Origin: Camelus dromedarius
Lineage: Eukaryota
Direction: 5' to 3'
DNA: 64,000 bases
Assembly (NCBI RefSeq): GCF_036321535.1
Contig: NC_087438.1
Coordinates: forward strand, 11,100,001 to 11,164,000
Part shown: positions 51,096-62,704 of the stretch, piece after piece
Numbering within the stretch: the stretch's first letter is position 1
Layout of the letters: every line of letters begins with the position of its first letter
The notes under the pieces: model-generated
Told to the model about the DNA's origin: nothing
The model's input: the letters and a program-made list of their open reading frames with translations, nothing else
Database searches by the model: none
Program-made: the position numbers and the translations under genes

Positions 51096-53429
51096 CTAAC
51101 CACCCTGGTACTGCCTTCATTTCTGTTAGCTACCAGGGTGGTCCCTGTGAGAGAAAGTTTTGGAAGCCAGAGACCTGGTCATTACAGATAGGATGCCGGG
51201 GACAAAAGCTGGGTGGCGGAGAGTGGGGGAGGAGGATGCTTCCAGAAGCAGGGCTGTGAGTGGTCACAGTGATGCTGCATGTATCTAGAAATTTTGGCAG
51301 GAGTCGGTACCCAGCAGGACTTCTGTGCAAAGGCCTAGGAGGGTGTGTTTCTGAAGATCTCTCCTGCTAGGGAACATTGGCTCAATCTGTCGAAACAGGA
51401 ACATTCTCCCAGATCACTCGTTTCTTTCCACCTCTCAGGGGTGCTCTAAATAAAAAATGTCCTCTCAAGATGTAAGCCTAGAAGCTTGGCAGGATTTTTC
51501 AAAGGCGACTTTAATATTTTTATTCTCCCTTGAAGGAGGCTTGGAAAACTCATTTCCATCACTGAGCTGGTGGGACATCCCTGGAGCCTGGAATAAAAAT
51601 CACGTAACCAGCGGCTCCTGGGACGTGGTTAATGGAGATGGTGTGATTGGTGACAAGGAGCCCAAGGTGATTTTGATTTTGCTAAATAAAAACGGACCAC
51701 AGAGATGGAAATCTGGGGAGTACTGCTGAGACCTGAAAGGAGCCGTGAAGAAATTCAGGCTGTGTCAGCCCGTTCATTTCACAGATGCTAAGAAGGGGAC
51801 TCAGAGATCCCGAATAACCTCTTGCCCAAGCTGGGGAGTGGCCCGCAGGGAGACCCAGGGCTGCTGGCAAACTTATTTCTTTACTTGGCCATCCGACTGC
51901 TTTGAACCTTTTTGCTTCTGAAACTTGTTCAGCATTGAAAACAAGTTCAGATCTCCTTGTGGTGACCCCAGCTCTCCAAAACTCATCCCCGAAAATGCCT
52001 TGCCCTCCATTCTGGAGACTGCCCGCAGGCAATGAGACCGCCATCACCTTACACCTCACCTGGGTCCTGACTCAGGGGAGCCCACCTGGCCTTGAACTTG
52101 CCCACCCACCATTTCTGACCTCCCCTTTCGAGTGGCTGAAACAGTTCAAGACTCGATTAAAACAGTAGCATCCCAGCAAATGCTAAAATTTAAATCTGGG
52201 CTCTTGGCCATACCAAACAGGGTGGGAGTTATTATTTTCCACCAGTTTTCAGTAAGATGAACGTCCACTTTTTTGGGTTGGGAGAATGAGGCGGGAAGCC
52301 TCTGACTGGGAAGCCCCTGCCTTTCATCTCTAAGTGTTTGTGTTGTACTCAGCGCGGCCACAAAATTGTCACTTTTAAGGCACAAGGACTTGATTAGAGA
52401 GAACCCCACTGGGGGAAGCCCTGGCCGCTTACTTTGTGTCCATTTGCATGTCCCTTGCTTTCTCAGAACATGTACTTGACCCGGGAGCATCTGTGTTACC
52501 ATGGAATCCCATTCCTTTAGCTGTTAGGCACCAACATTTGCATAGCTCCCCCTTTCAAGGCAGAGAGCCTTTGTGCTCTGTGAGCTTCTGTCTACAAAGC
52601 ACAAGAACGGTGCATTATTTCTGCATAATTATCTGACTGGTAGTAACACTAGGGGTCTGTCCTGTATGCATTATATGGGATATTATCAAGAGCAGGAATT
52701 TTACTCTTTTGGCATTGGAAGGGGATTTTAACAAACGGAAGAGTAAACCATTGCCCTGAGTCATTAAATGATTGCCCAGCCTCACGCTACGCGGTAGTGG
52801 CAGGATGGTGACTGGTGTTCCAGGCTGTACGGCCCTGTTGATCGTCATCTGCTTACTAAAATAATTTTAACTTTTTTTTTTTTTTGGATAGGGGATATAT
52901 CTTTAGCCACTGCAAAAAAAAATTACATATTAAGGATTTTTCCAGAGAAATTCATTTTATGCCTATTGGTTTAATTTCTGGATTCGGAGGGCGGATTATG
53001 TTTTCGTGTATGTGTGTTTATGTACGTGTGTGGGAATGCAGTACTTCTGATCGCTGCGCCTGTCATTGGCGGGCATTGGGGGAAGCTTGAAAATCAATTT
53101 CACTCTTGGCTCACATGGCCAATGGACGCCCCCGTTTCTTGTGTTCCAAAGAGTCTCACCGTCTCTTCCTCTTTCTTCAGTGTTCATCTCATTTTCATAT
53201 CATCTTGCCTATTTCATGGTATCCCTTAGTCTTGGAGGGATTTGTAGATGTAAAACAGCTCATTTGATTTTCAAAAGCAGGCAAGGTGTTGCTTGTTACA
53301 TCTGTCGAAAGCCTTCCACTTGTAAAGTGCTCTGACATATGGATTGTCTAGTTTGATGTTCATGAATCTGTGAGCTATTCATGATGGCAATTGCCTTTTT
53401 ATTTTCAGAGCTCACTGTACTATGCCCGA

Positions 53430-54545
53430 TACTGTCCTGGAGGTTTTTCCTATTATCCACTTTAATTCCATTAGCCATCATGTCATTTGATGAATGCTAT
53501 TGGCCACTTCCTCCTGTTCTCATGGAAACACCTTCATCCTTGGCTCATGGCACACCAGTCTCCTGGTCTTGCCTCTGCCTCCCTGTGGACCATCCCCCTT
53601 TATGCCAATCTCTTCCCACTGGCCACCCTTCACCTCTCCTCTCCTCACACCCTCATCTCTCCCTTGGCAGATTCACCTGTCCCCATGTCTTCCATTAAGA
53701 CTACAGATTGATCTCCTTGACTCACAAATTGTCTCTGGTTTAGACCTGCTCACCAGGTTCTGCACGCACATGCTCCGTAGCCTTCTGAGATGAAACATCG
53801 CTCTCGTCTTGGCTGTTTCAATACATCCTTAATCAAACTCATGTTTTTGCCTCTGTTCCTGGTTCTCTGCCCTGGACCTCCTTTGAAGCATCCTCTTACC
53901 TGGTCCACTCACATCCACTCCTGTCTCCTCCAATATACTCTCCACGGTGCAGCCAGCGTGATATTTTCAAAGGCAGATCTAACTTAACATCTTCTTATTT
54001 AAAACTAATCATTGATTTTGGAATAAGTTTCTTAGAATAAAGATCAAAATACTCATCATGGCCCCCAACAGCCTCTGGCACTTTGACCCTAGCCCTCTTG
54101 TCCAGCTTCCTCTCACATCACAGTTTCCCTTCTTCTCTCTATGATGCCTCCTTCCCACTTGTCTTTTCTTCAGCCATCGTATTTACCATGCTCCTTCTCT
54201 CCTAGGAATCTTTGCAAATGTTGCTCCCTTTGCCTAGAATGCTTTTCTCACCCCTCTTTGCCTTGTTAATCTTTACTTAGAGTCCCTCTCAGACTTTCTC
54301 TCAAGTCAGCCTCTTTCAAATATGTTTTTATTATATCATGTCCTCCTGCAGTTGTAACACTTACCCAAGTTGTAATTTTATGTTTATTCGTATGATTGAT
54401 TTATCCACCAAAGCTTATATAAGTCTTCTACTCTACCGTGAACTCACAGCAGTAGGGATATTTTCTGGAATGTCTAACCATTGCTTCTGCACCACCTAGC
54501 TAGTGCTTGGCAAATAGTAGACACTGGAGGAAAATTTATTGAACA
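53430..54545 (+). mobile_element. LINE-2 3' portion
   Basis: Pyrimidine-rich L2 ORF2 remnant (CTCATGGAAACACCTTCATCCTTGGC) through the tail (AGTGCTTGGCAAATAGTAGACACT...TTATTGAA). Confidence 0.8.
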
Positions 54546-55544
54546 AATATATAAATCCCCATTTTACTGATGAGGAAATGAGGCTTAAAGAGGTTAATTG
54601 AAAACTTACTCATGTTTCTTAAACATGCATTGTTTAGTTGTAAATACTAGAATTCCCCACAAATTTGCCAAAGAAATGAGGGAAAAAAAAGGACATGGGG
54701 TAATTATGTGGAATACAAGTATGGGACTTGAACCAGGAAGAGAACTCTTACCAGTAATGGGGAGGGTGGTGAAGTGCCTCTGTCTGTTCCTTCCTCTGTC
54801 CCTGTTCACAGGCTCTTTTGCTCCCTCAGCATGTGGGGTCCTCATCCTTGCTTCTCTCTGTTCATCCTCACTATTCTGCTCGTTGAAATGGCCATACAGC
54901 TCCCCTTATCATCCACATTCAAGATCTGGGGCCACCGAGCAACTGACTCACAGGGAAAAGCATGGGAAAGTCATCATGTTCCAAGTGAGTTCCTGGGAGA
55001 GAGATCAGATTGGCTGGGTCATGCCTCTGAATCATTTCTGCTTATTAGATGTCCCTCGTAGACCCACTCCATATCCAGTCTGCTCTGGGTGGGCCACCTG
55101 GTTCTAGTCTGAGAATAGGTTGGAAAAGATGATGGGCAGGGGTGGGCAGGCATCCTCCAAAGCATCTTCCATCCCAAAGATGGCAGAGTTGAAATGCTAG
55201 CTCTGTGGTCCTTTCATCTTGCTGCCTGGCGTATTCCCCCAATGTAAGCAATTCTCTGTTGAATTCACTTGCGAACTTTGAAATCCTCAGTAAAACTTGT
55301 GCTTTGATGTGTGACAGTCATCTCTACCGGTTGTGACTCTGTATCTGCCAGTATCTTGAATGCATTTAAATGCTTCCTCTCACTAGGCTTCATACTAGCC
55401 CAGTGAAGGGTAGGTACTGTTTTTCTCCCCTTTTCGTGGGGTGAGAAAACTGAGAACAAGAGAAGTCAGGTAATTTGATGAAAAATGTGGCATTTGAAAT
55501 CTTGTGCTGGCAAACGGACTCTTACACACACTGACTGCTGTTTT

Positions 55545-55705
55545 AGAGCAGGGATACTTGAGGTGTGGTCTGCAGACCAGCGGCGTCAGCCTTACTTGGG
55601 AGCTTGTTAGAACTGCAGACCCTCAGGCCCCGCCAGAGGAGTGGATCACGACTGGCCCGTTCCCAGATCCCCAGCTCATCTGTGTACATGTTCAGGATCC
55701 AGGAT
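55545..55705. mobile_element. MER5A fragment
   Basis: GTGTGGTCTGCAGACCAGCGGCGTCAGC...TTGGGAGCTTGTTAGAACTGCAGACCCTCAGGCCCC. Confidence 0.75.
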
Positions 55706-56761
55706 CTGATTTGATTCTAATTCTGCTCTAAGACTCTCCCTGTGGAAGGTGATTGAAATCACAATTCCCCTTTTGGTCATTTGTAGAATGATGACAATGA
55801 GCGTATATGAACAAATACATGTTAAAACATCTGGTGCCTTCCGGGCATTCTTAAAAGGTGACTCAATGAAATACTTTTAGAGGGAAAAAAATGAGAGTCA
55901 CACTGTGAAATGTGTAATCCTCGGTGAAAACAAATATTGTTTACTTCCCTCTCAGATGAGATATGACTCAAAGTGACTGGATGGTACAGACATCTCCAAA
56001 ATATATTTTCCTCATATTCTTGCTTTAAAGGGAGCTGCCCCTCTGCTTTCTGTTCATCTGTATTTAACTGGTAATCAACAGACCTTTCACCAATTCTTCT
56101 TAACTTAAACACAAAAAGAAAACATGTGTGTCACACACATACACGCACATACCATAAAACATTACGTCAGAGATACCAAATTTTCACGTCTACTGCAGAG
56201 GCCCCCTATGTTCCCTAGGAATTAAGAGCCTGTGTTGTAGGCCTGGCTGTACAACCGGAGGGCAGATATCTAATGTGTGGACCACGTGGGGAGCAGAAGT
56301 CAAAGTCGGGGGCTGTGTTGCAGTTGGGGTGTCCTGAGCTCAGGAATGGAGGAGCTTACCAGGCATCTTGATTCGGGCCGTTGCCTGCGTTGGCGGCCCA
56401 GTGATGGCCTGGCTGGGGGTGTAGGGCCCTCTGTGATCCTCTTGGCCTTCCCCCAGAGACACAGTTGCCGGTACACAGTGTGCGCAGGAGGCTTAACCAG
56501 GAAAGGAAATTTCTTCTTATGCCCTTTTTAATCAGGAAGAAAATACTGTTTCCAGAACCCTGCTCCTCCCCTACTTCATGATAGTCAATTAGTCAGAGCT
56601 GGTCACAGCCCTGAGATAAGGGCTCTCTACTGGGTACAGGAACAAAGTTGGGGATTGGTTAGCAGAGAAGGGCAGACGGATGGACCCAAAGCAGTGCCCA
56701 CAGAGAGAGAGAGAGAGAGATGCCTTTTTACTTGACATAAAAATAAGGTATATTCTCTCAG

Positions 56762-56851
56762 TGTATTAGTTAGGCTTCTCTGGAGAAACAGAACCAATAA
56801 GGTATGTGTATATAATATAAGGCAAATTTTACGTTACATATATTTCACTGG

Positions 56852-56907
<56 letters not shown>

Positions 56908-57413
56908 GTACATGTACATATATATGTATACATATATATATCTATACGTACATATATACCATTGGTCTGTTTCTTTAGAGAACCCTAATACACCTGGAGA
57001 TTACACCTTAATAATAGAGATTAATCATGAGATTTATTATGAGGAATTAGCTCATATGATTTCAGAGGCTGAGAAGATCCAAGATGTGCTGTCGGCAAGC
57101 TGGACACTCAAAAAAGTCAGTGGTATAGTTCAGTCTGAGTCTGAAGGTCTGAGAAGTGGGAGCACCAGATGTGTAAGTGCCTTTTTGAAGGCAGAAAACT
57201 GATGGCCCAGGTCTGCCTTTTTCTATCCAGGCCCTCAGACAGCTGGGTGATATCTCCCACATTGGGGAGGGCAGTCTGCCTGCCTCAGTCTACCAGTCCT
57301 ACTGCTCATCTCTCGCAGAAATGGGCTCACAGGCTGACCAAGAAAGAACACTTCAACGGGTAACTGAGCATCCTGTGACTCAGGCAGGGTGGCATGTAAA
57401 ATTGATCATCACA
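56762..57413 (-). mobile_element. MLT2-type ERVL solo LTR with internal (TA)n(CA)n microsatellite
   Basis: TGTATTAG...CTCTGGAGAAACAGAACCAAT, then GAGATTTATTATGAGGAATTAGCTCA...GAGGCTGAGAAG, ending ATCATCACA. Confidence 0.85.
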
Positions 57414-57593
57414 CTAGGATTGTGAGATGGATCAAGATAGGAGAATAGAAAGGCTGATAAAAGCTATGTTTTTTTTGTTTTTGTTTTTGTTTTTTTGTTA
57501 CCACATACATATATCAGTATACTCAGAACAAAGTTATTTTGTATTTCAGTCAATCAGATTTTTAGACTCCTCTCCACCTTCCACATTCATGAC

Positions 57594-57715
57594 TGGAAAA
57601 AGTCCCTGATCAGTTATGAGCTAAGAATATTGATCTGGAAAAAGTCTGGTCTGGAAAAAGTCCCTGATCAGTTATGGAAAAAGTCCCTGATCAGTTATGA
57701 GCTAAGAATATTGAT
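57594..57715. repeat. Complex perfect tandem duplication (41-bp unit plus partial copies)
   Basis: TGGAAAAAGTCCCTGATCAGTTATGAGCTAAGAATATTGAT at 57594-57634 and 57675-57715, with partial copies between. Confidence 0.95.
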
Positions 57716-57823
57716 ACCTCTTTTACTGTGGCAAATCAGAAAGGAAGTAAAGTATATATATTAACCTTGTTTTAGAATTGTCCCCATCTTGATGATATTA
57801 AGGAATAGCTTACCTCTCTTTTT

Positions 57824-58015
57824 AAAATTAAAAAAAAAATTTTCTTTTACTCTTTTTTTGTGTGTGCGTGGGGGGGGGTAATTAGGTTTATTTATTTATT
57901 CATTTTTATATCTTATTTTGTTATTATTTCTTTTTAACAGAGGTACTGGGGATTGAACCCAGGACCTCATGCATGCTAAGTATGCACTCTTCCGCTGAGC
58001 TACACCCTCCCACCC
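57824..58015 (-). mobile_element. Vic-1-type SINE
   Basis: Same tRNA-like head (GGGAGGGTGTAGCTCAGCGGAAGAG...GGTTCAATCCCCAGTACCTC), AAACCTAATTACCCCC motif and A tail. Approximate TSD ACCTCT(C)TTTTT. Confidence 0.85.
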
Positions 58016-58774
58016 AACCTCTTTTTTTGAAGCTCAAGTTGTGTGGAACGCAACCCTTCTCAACTTTGAGGTGACATTTTAGAGCAAGAACCAATAATCA
58101 AAATGAGAAGTCAGTAAAGAAGCCAGGTTCTTAATTCCGCCTGAAATAAAACATTATGTCATTCATGTGCAGGGGCTTTTTATTTATCGGGCTTTATCAG
58201 CATAGTTCTTAAGCCCTACAAACGTATTAAATACAGAAATGAGAGCATAACATTACAATTAATGAAGATTGAATTAAGAGTCTGAAATGTATCATAGCAA
58301 CACAATGCAGTTCAGTTTTACATGATGATATTCAAAGTGAGCTGTGGGTCATTTTGAACTCATGTCCTACACGATGACATTTCCAAAAGTAAGAGGAGTA
58401 AGGCGCATGAAGGACTTAAAATGAGCGCGATTAGACCTTTCATAAAAAAGAACCTTACTTTACTTTTTATTAGCTCCTCTTTCAGTGCCTTGGGCACAGG
58501 AGTTGGGTGTGCTGTATCCAAAGTTGTGGGGTCTGAAAGCTGTAGAGGTAACTGAAGGAAAGATGCCGGAGAATCTTGTATTCCACTGAGTGGAGAAGGC
58601 CCTTGGATCTGCTGACCCTGTTTGATCACTGGAAATCCACGGAGCCTTGGGTGATGAGATGATGGCTTGGAGACAAGCAGCCAGAGGACCCCAGCTCTCC
58701 CCACTCTCCCGCAGTCCAGTGTATAGCGCTTGAATTATGCTGAGAAGAGATTACCATAAAACCGTAAAATCAAG

Positions 58775-59050
58775 GACAAAAGGACAAATACTGTATGATT
58801 CCACCTCTGTGGAATCTCTAGATCAGGTAACTCCGTAGAGACAGAAAGCAGATTAGAAATGACCAGGGGCTGGGTGAAGGGGTAAAGGGGAGTCGTTGCT
58901 TTAGGGGGACAGAGTTTCAGTTTAGGGTGATGACAAATCTAGGAAATGGTGGAGAAGGTTGCACAACATTGTAAGTGTAGTTAATGCCACTGGATTGTAC
59001 ACTTAAAATGTTTAAAATGGCAAGTTTTTAACCAAAATTTTTTTAAAAAG
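58775..59050 (+). mobile_element. L1MB-like 3' end
   Basis: AAAGGACAAATACTGTATGATTCCAC...GAGACAGAAAGCAGATTAG...TGCACAACATTGTAAGTGTAGTTAATGCCACTG. Confidence 0.85.
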
Positions 59051-59588
59051 TGGAAAAAGAACCTGCAGTGGAATCTTGCACAGTGAAGCTCTTACTAATG
59101 CCATCAGCTGCTCTCTTCAAGGTGCTGAGGAGGTTGGGCTGGCTTTTCCTTTGCTTTCTGAGAGGATAAATTGTCACTTCCCTTCAGAACACAGAGCACA
59201 GTTTCTGGCTCTTGCCCTGGTGTTCACTGCTGCCCGGCCAGTGGGAGCCGGCCAAGGGGATCACGCGGGAGCCAGGCGAGGTTGGGCTCTATCTGGCATG
59301 TGTGGTTTCTGAGTACCCAGCGTGCTCTGCCCAAGGGATTGGATATGGAAATAGTCCGTTCTCTGCCTCTGGATTCCAAAAATAAACCCAAGGCTCCTGA
59401 GTAAACTGGAGCCGCTCACCAAGACCCAAGCAATGACACCTCCTTGTAGGTGAGCCTGCAACACCCTTTGGGTGTTTGGAATTAAACCCACATTGAGTGG
59501 TGTCCAAGTCAGATTCATTTTATGGAGAATTATTTTCTCCTCTTATACAGAGGTTGCTTTTTCATTCTTTAGAGTCTCAGACATAAAT

Positions 59589-59592
<4 letters not shown>

Positions 59593-59620
<28 letters not shown>
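59593..59620. repeat. (TG)n microsatellite
   Basis: Seen directly. Confidence 0.95.
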
Positions 59621-59622
<2 letters not shown>

Positions 59623-60169
59623 CATGTGCATGCGTGTAGGAAAGCCTCTAAGCATCTGCAGTTCAGGCATTTGTGATGGCAGGTTAGGAGCAGGGACCTG
59701 GAGCTGAGCTGTCCTCCCTGTGGGAGCCTGTCAAGGGACTGGACTCCCCAGGGGGTTGTTACAGGAATTAAATGAATACATTAATACAGACGAAGCACTC
59801 AAGACACAGTAGGTACTCAGTGGACATGAGCCTTTATTATTAACGGTCATAGTGCTGGTCTGAGTGGCAGTGTTTGCCTGTTTGGACGCTGTGTAAGAAG
59901 CGAGTTGTGTTTTGGGAAGAAGAGTGCATAGGAAGATAACATAAAAGGTGGAAATGAGGGCACGTTAGGAAGACAAAGTGTTGAGACGTGACACGTGTCG
60001 GAAATAACTAGAAACCCTTCAACCTATTGTCATTCAGTTTAATCTAAAGTGAGATTGTGGAAGGGCCATGGTCATGTACAGATAACAACCCTTTGTAGAC
60101 CACAGAGTCATGGAGCTGACAATGGAAAATATCAATGCAGTAGAAACTCACATCTATATGCTTATATAT

Positions 60170-60172
<3 letters not shown>

Positions 60173-60205
<33 letters not shown>
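60173..60205. repeat. (TG)n microsatellite
   Basis: Seen directly. Confidence 0.95.
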
Positions 60206-60207
<2 letters not shown>

Positions 60208-60304
60208 CATAAAAGCTCCCTGGCTGCATAGTGGAACTTCCTTAATTTGTAAATGGAAAAATATTATGTAGAATCTAAGTGACTGGCCCTAAGTAACATT
60301 CACT

Positions 60305-60502
60305 AGATACACACTACCATATATGAAATAGATAAACAACAAGGTCCTACTGTATGGCACAGGGAACTATATTCAATACCTTGTAATAGGCTATAATGAA
60401 AAAGAATATGAAAAGGAATGTATATGTATAACTGAATCACTATGCTGTACACCAGAAATTAACACGACATTGTAAATTGACTATACTTCAGTTAAAAAAA
60501 AA
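60305..60502 (+). mobile_element. Artiodactyl-type L1 3' end
   Basis: AGATAAACAACAAGGTCCTACTGTATGGCACAGGGAACTATATTCAATA...ACTATACTTCA followed by an A tail. Confidence 0.85.
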
Positions 60503-61539
60503 GTGATCTTGAAATCTCTTATTGAAGGCCCTTTTCATTATTCTGTGGGACAGTTTTACACACCTCCTGTGAACAAGGGACTAAAACCTTATATTGCCAA
60601 GCTCCTAAATGATCAGAATGTACCTAGTATTTGATGAAGCAGAACATCTGTCAGAAAGAAAAAAAAAGTGAAGGAGATTAATGGAGTTAAGGCAAAAGTT
60701 TGAAAGATTTGCAGCGTTCATGTAATTGCGTTGGCAGTAACACACCTGGCTGCATGAATGATAACTATTCATGCTGATGTTAAGAGCTAGAACTGATACT
60801 GGACAATGGAAGGTGAGGCTTATTCAGCAGTGCACGTTGTGTTTTTTCTTTTTTTCCCCCTTGCCCGAGAACGAACTGCTCATCCCTCTTGTGACTTAAC
60901 GTAGAACCCAGCCCCGTCGGGCACCATCATTTTCATTGTTTGAGGGTAGCCCTGGTACCTGCACACACGGCATGATTGTTACCTACACTCCTTAACGCTG
61001 GCAGATAAGCTTGCTGAGGGCATCTTAGACATGTTTGTACCGTCCTGTGCACCCAGCAAATATTTTGCACTTTGCTGCTACTCGGTAACTGTTTCTGAAT
61101 GAATAACGGATGGATATATAGTAGAACAGATTAGCTCATGCCTTTGTAGACAGTGGATTCTTAATAGAACCTACCCAAGTGACCTTAATATTTAATAAAA
61201 TATTTCCTTTGGTTCCTGCTTCAAGCTTCCAAATTCTACTTAAGCTGTTGAGATTATTTTCTTTAAAATATTATTAACAATTAAAGAAAAATGTTTAGCT
61301 TGGTAATTGGCAGTGGCAAATGAACTATAGGTTTAAAATTATATAAATCAAGTGACCATTGGAGACCATTTCCGTCAACCACTGTCAAAAGAAGTTTTTA
61401 GTACAGCAGATGGTTCTTGTCTGACCAGCTGCCTCCGGGGGGTTCCATCGCCCCGCCCACCTTGCTCCTCTGTCCAGGACCTCATCCCCTCCTGCTGCCT
61501 CATCTCTTGTCAGGTTTGACTTTCTCACCAGACGGTAGG

Positions 61540-61965
61540 CTCCTTAAGTGACTTCATATTTTCATATTAATCATGAAATTCATAAGCATGTTTACTACTC
61601 ATATGAAATATGGGGAATGCTAATAAAATGCAAACCCACAGCGCAGTTTAGGGAACAGAATGTTACCAGCACATTCTGATCCTCTCTATGCCTTCTGCAA
61701 ATCCACGCCCTCTCCAGGTCACCTGCATCCAGATTTTGTGTTTATCACGTCTTGCTTATTCTCTTTACAGTTTTTTTCTACTTATCTCTGTACTTTTGTA
61801 GTGTGTACTTATGTAGCACTTTTGCATGTTTGGAATCTAATGTAAACGGGATCACATTGCATGTATTCTTGCATATCTTGCTTTTTTCCATCAGCATTCT
61901 AGTTAGGAGAATTGCTCATGTTGAAGCGCATAGCTGCAAGTCTTTCATTTTCATTGACTATTTTT
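61540..61965 (-). mobile_element. L1ME-like fragment
   Basis: GAACAGAATGTTACCAGCA...TGTATTCTT...TTGCTTTTTTCCATCAGCATT...CATGTTGAAGCG. Confidence 0.6.
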
Positions 61966-62215
61966 AGCAACTTCTTGCCTGTCTGTCCCCCTAACCTTTA
62001 TTCCACATACGTTTACTGGATTTTGTTTCTGTGCGAGACACTGTTCTAGGCTCCGTGGACAAGACGCCGCAGTAAATAAAACAGTATCAAAATTCTTGCC
62101 CTCGTGGAGCTCAAGTTTCTGGTGGGAACACAGATGCTAAACAGAATGAATTGTTACAGTATTCACATATTCGACGTTAATAATTGCTGTGCAGAAGCAT
62201 AAAGCCTGACAGAGG

Positions 62216-62704
62216 TGTCGACTGAAATGAAATGCACAGCCTAAACATGGAGAATTACGTTTTATTTGGCGGACTTTCTGAGGACTCAGCCCAGGAGGAC
62301 AGCTTCGCAGATGGCTCTGAGGGACTGCTGTGAAGAGGTAGGGGAGGAGCCAGGATGTATAGTTTTTCCAACAAAGACCAGGTAGTCGGAACATCAAAAG
62401 ATTCCAGACATCTCAAATTAAAGAATTTAGCACTTTTCTATGTATGAGAAGGTGCAAAAGGCCTGGGCTCATTGAAATCATTCCTTTGATGTGCACCTAG
62501 CTGTCTTGGGCCAGTGTCCTGTTCTTTCCACATTTTGAGTTCCCCCAGCGGGCATCGTTGGGGATGGCTGCAGAGGCTGGGCTGCCTGCTTGTCTGCATC
62601 CTGAGTTCCCTCTGCTCACTGTCAGGGTGAAGGTGGCGGCTGATGACTTGATGGCCACAGCATCCTTTGTTTACTGATATGGCTGGCAATATTTTTCATT
62701 CACA
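62216..62704 (-). mobile_element. ERV1 solo LTR (MER41-like) inserted in an L2 fragment
   Basis: TG...CA termini with a perfect 4-bp TSD GAGG (62212-62215 / 62705-62708). Homologous to 34302-34746. Confidence 0.8.

Noticed and set aside
54598..55107. 169-aa ORF and other intronic ORFs in the track
   Set aside because: No recognisable domains or exon structure; many overlap decayed repeats or microsatellites.
57594..57715. CRISPR-like repeat array
   Set aside because: Mammalian DNA, and the intervening sequence is made of partial repeat copies rather than unique spacers.
34302..62704. Single provirus bounded by the two related LTRs
   Set aside because: They are 28 kb apart, each has its own target-site flanks, they differ structurally, and no gag/pol/env lies between them.
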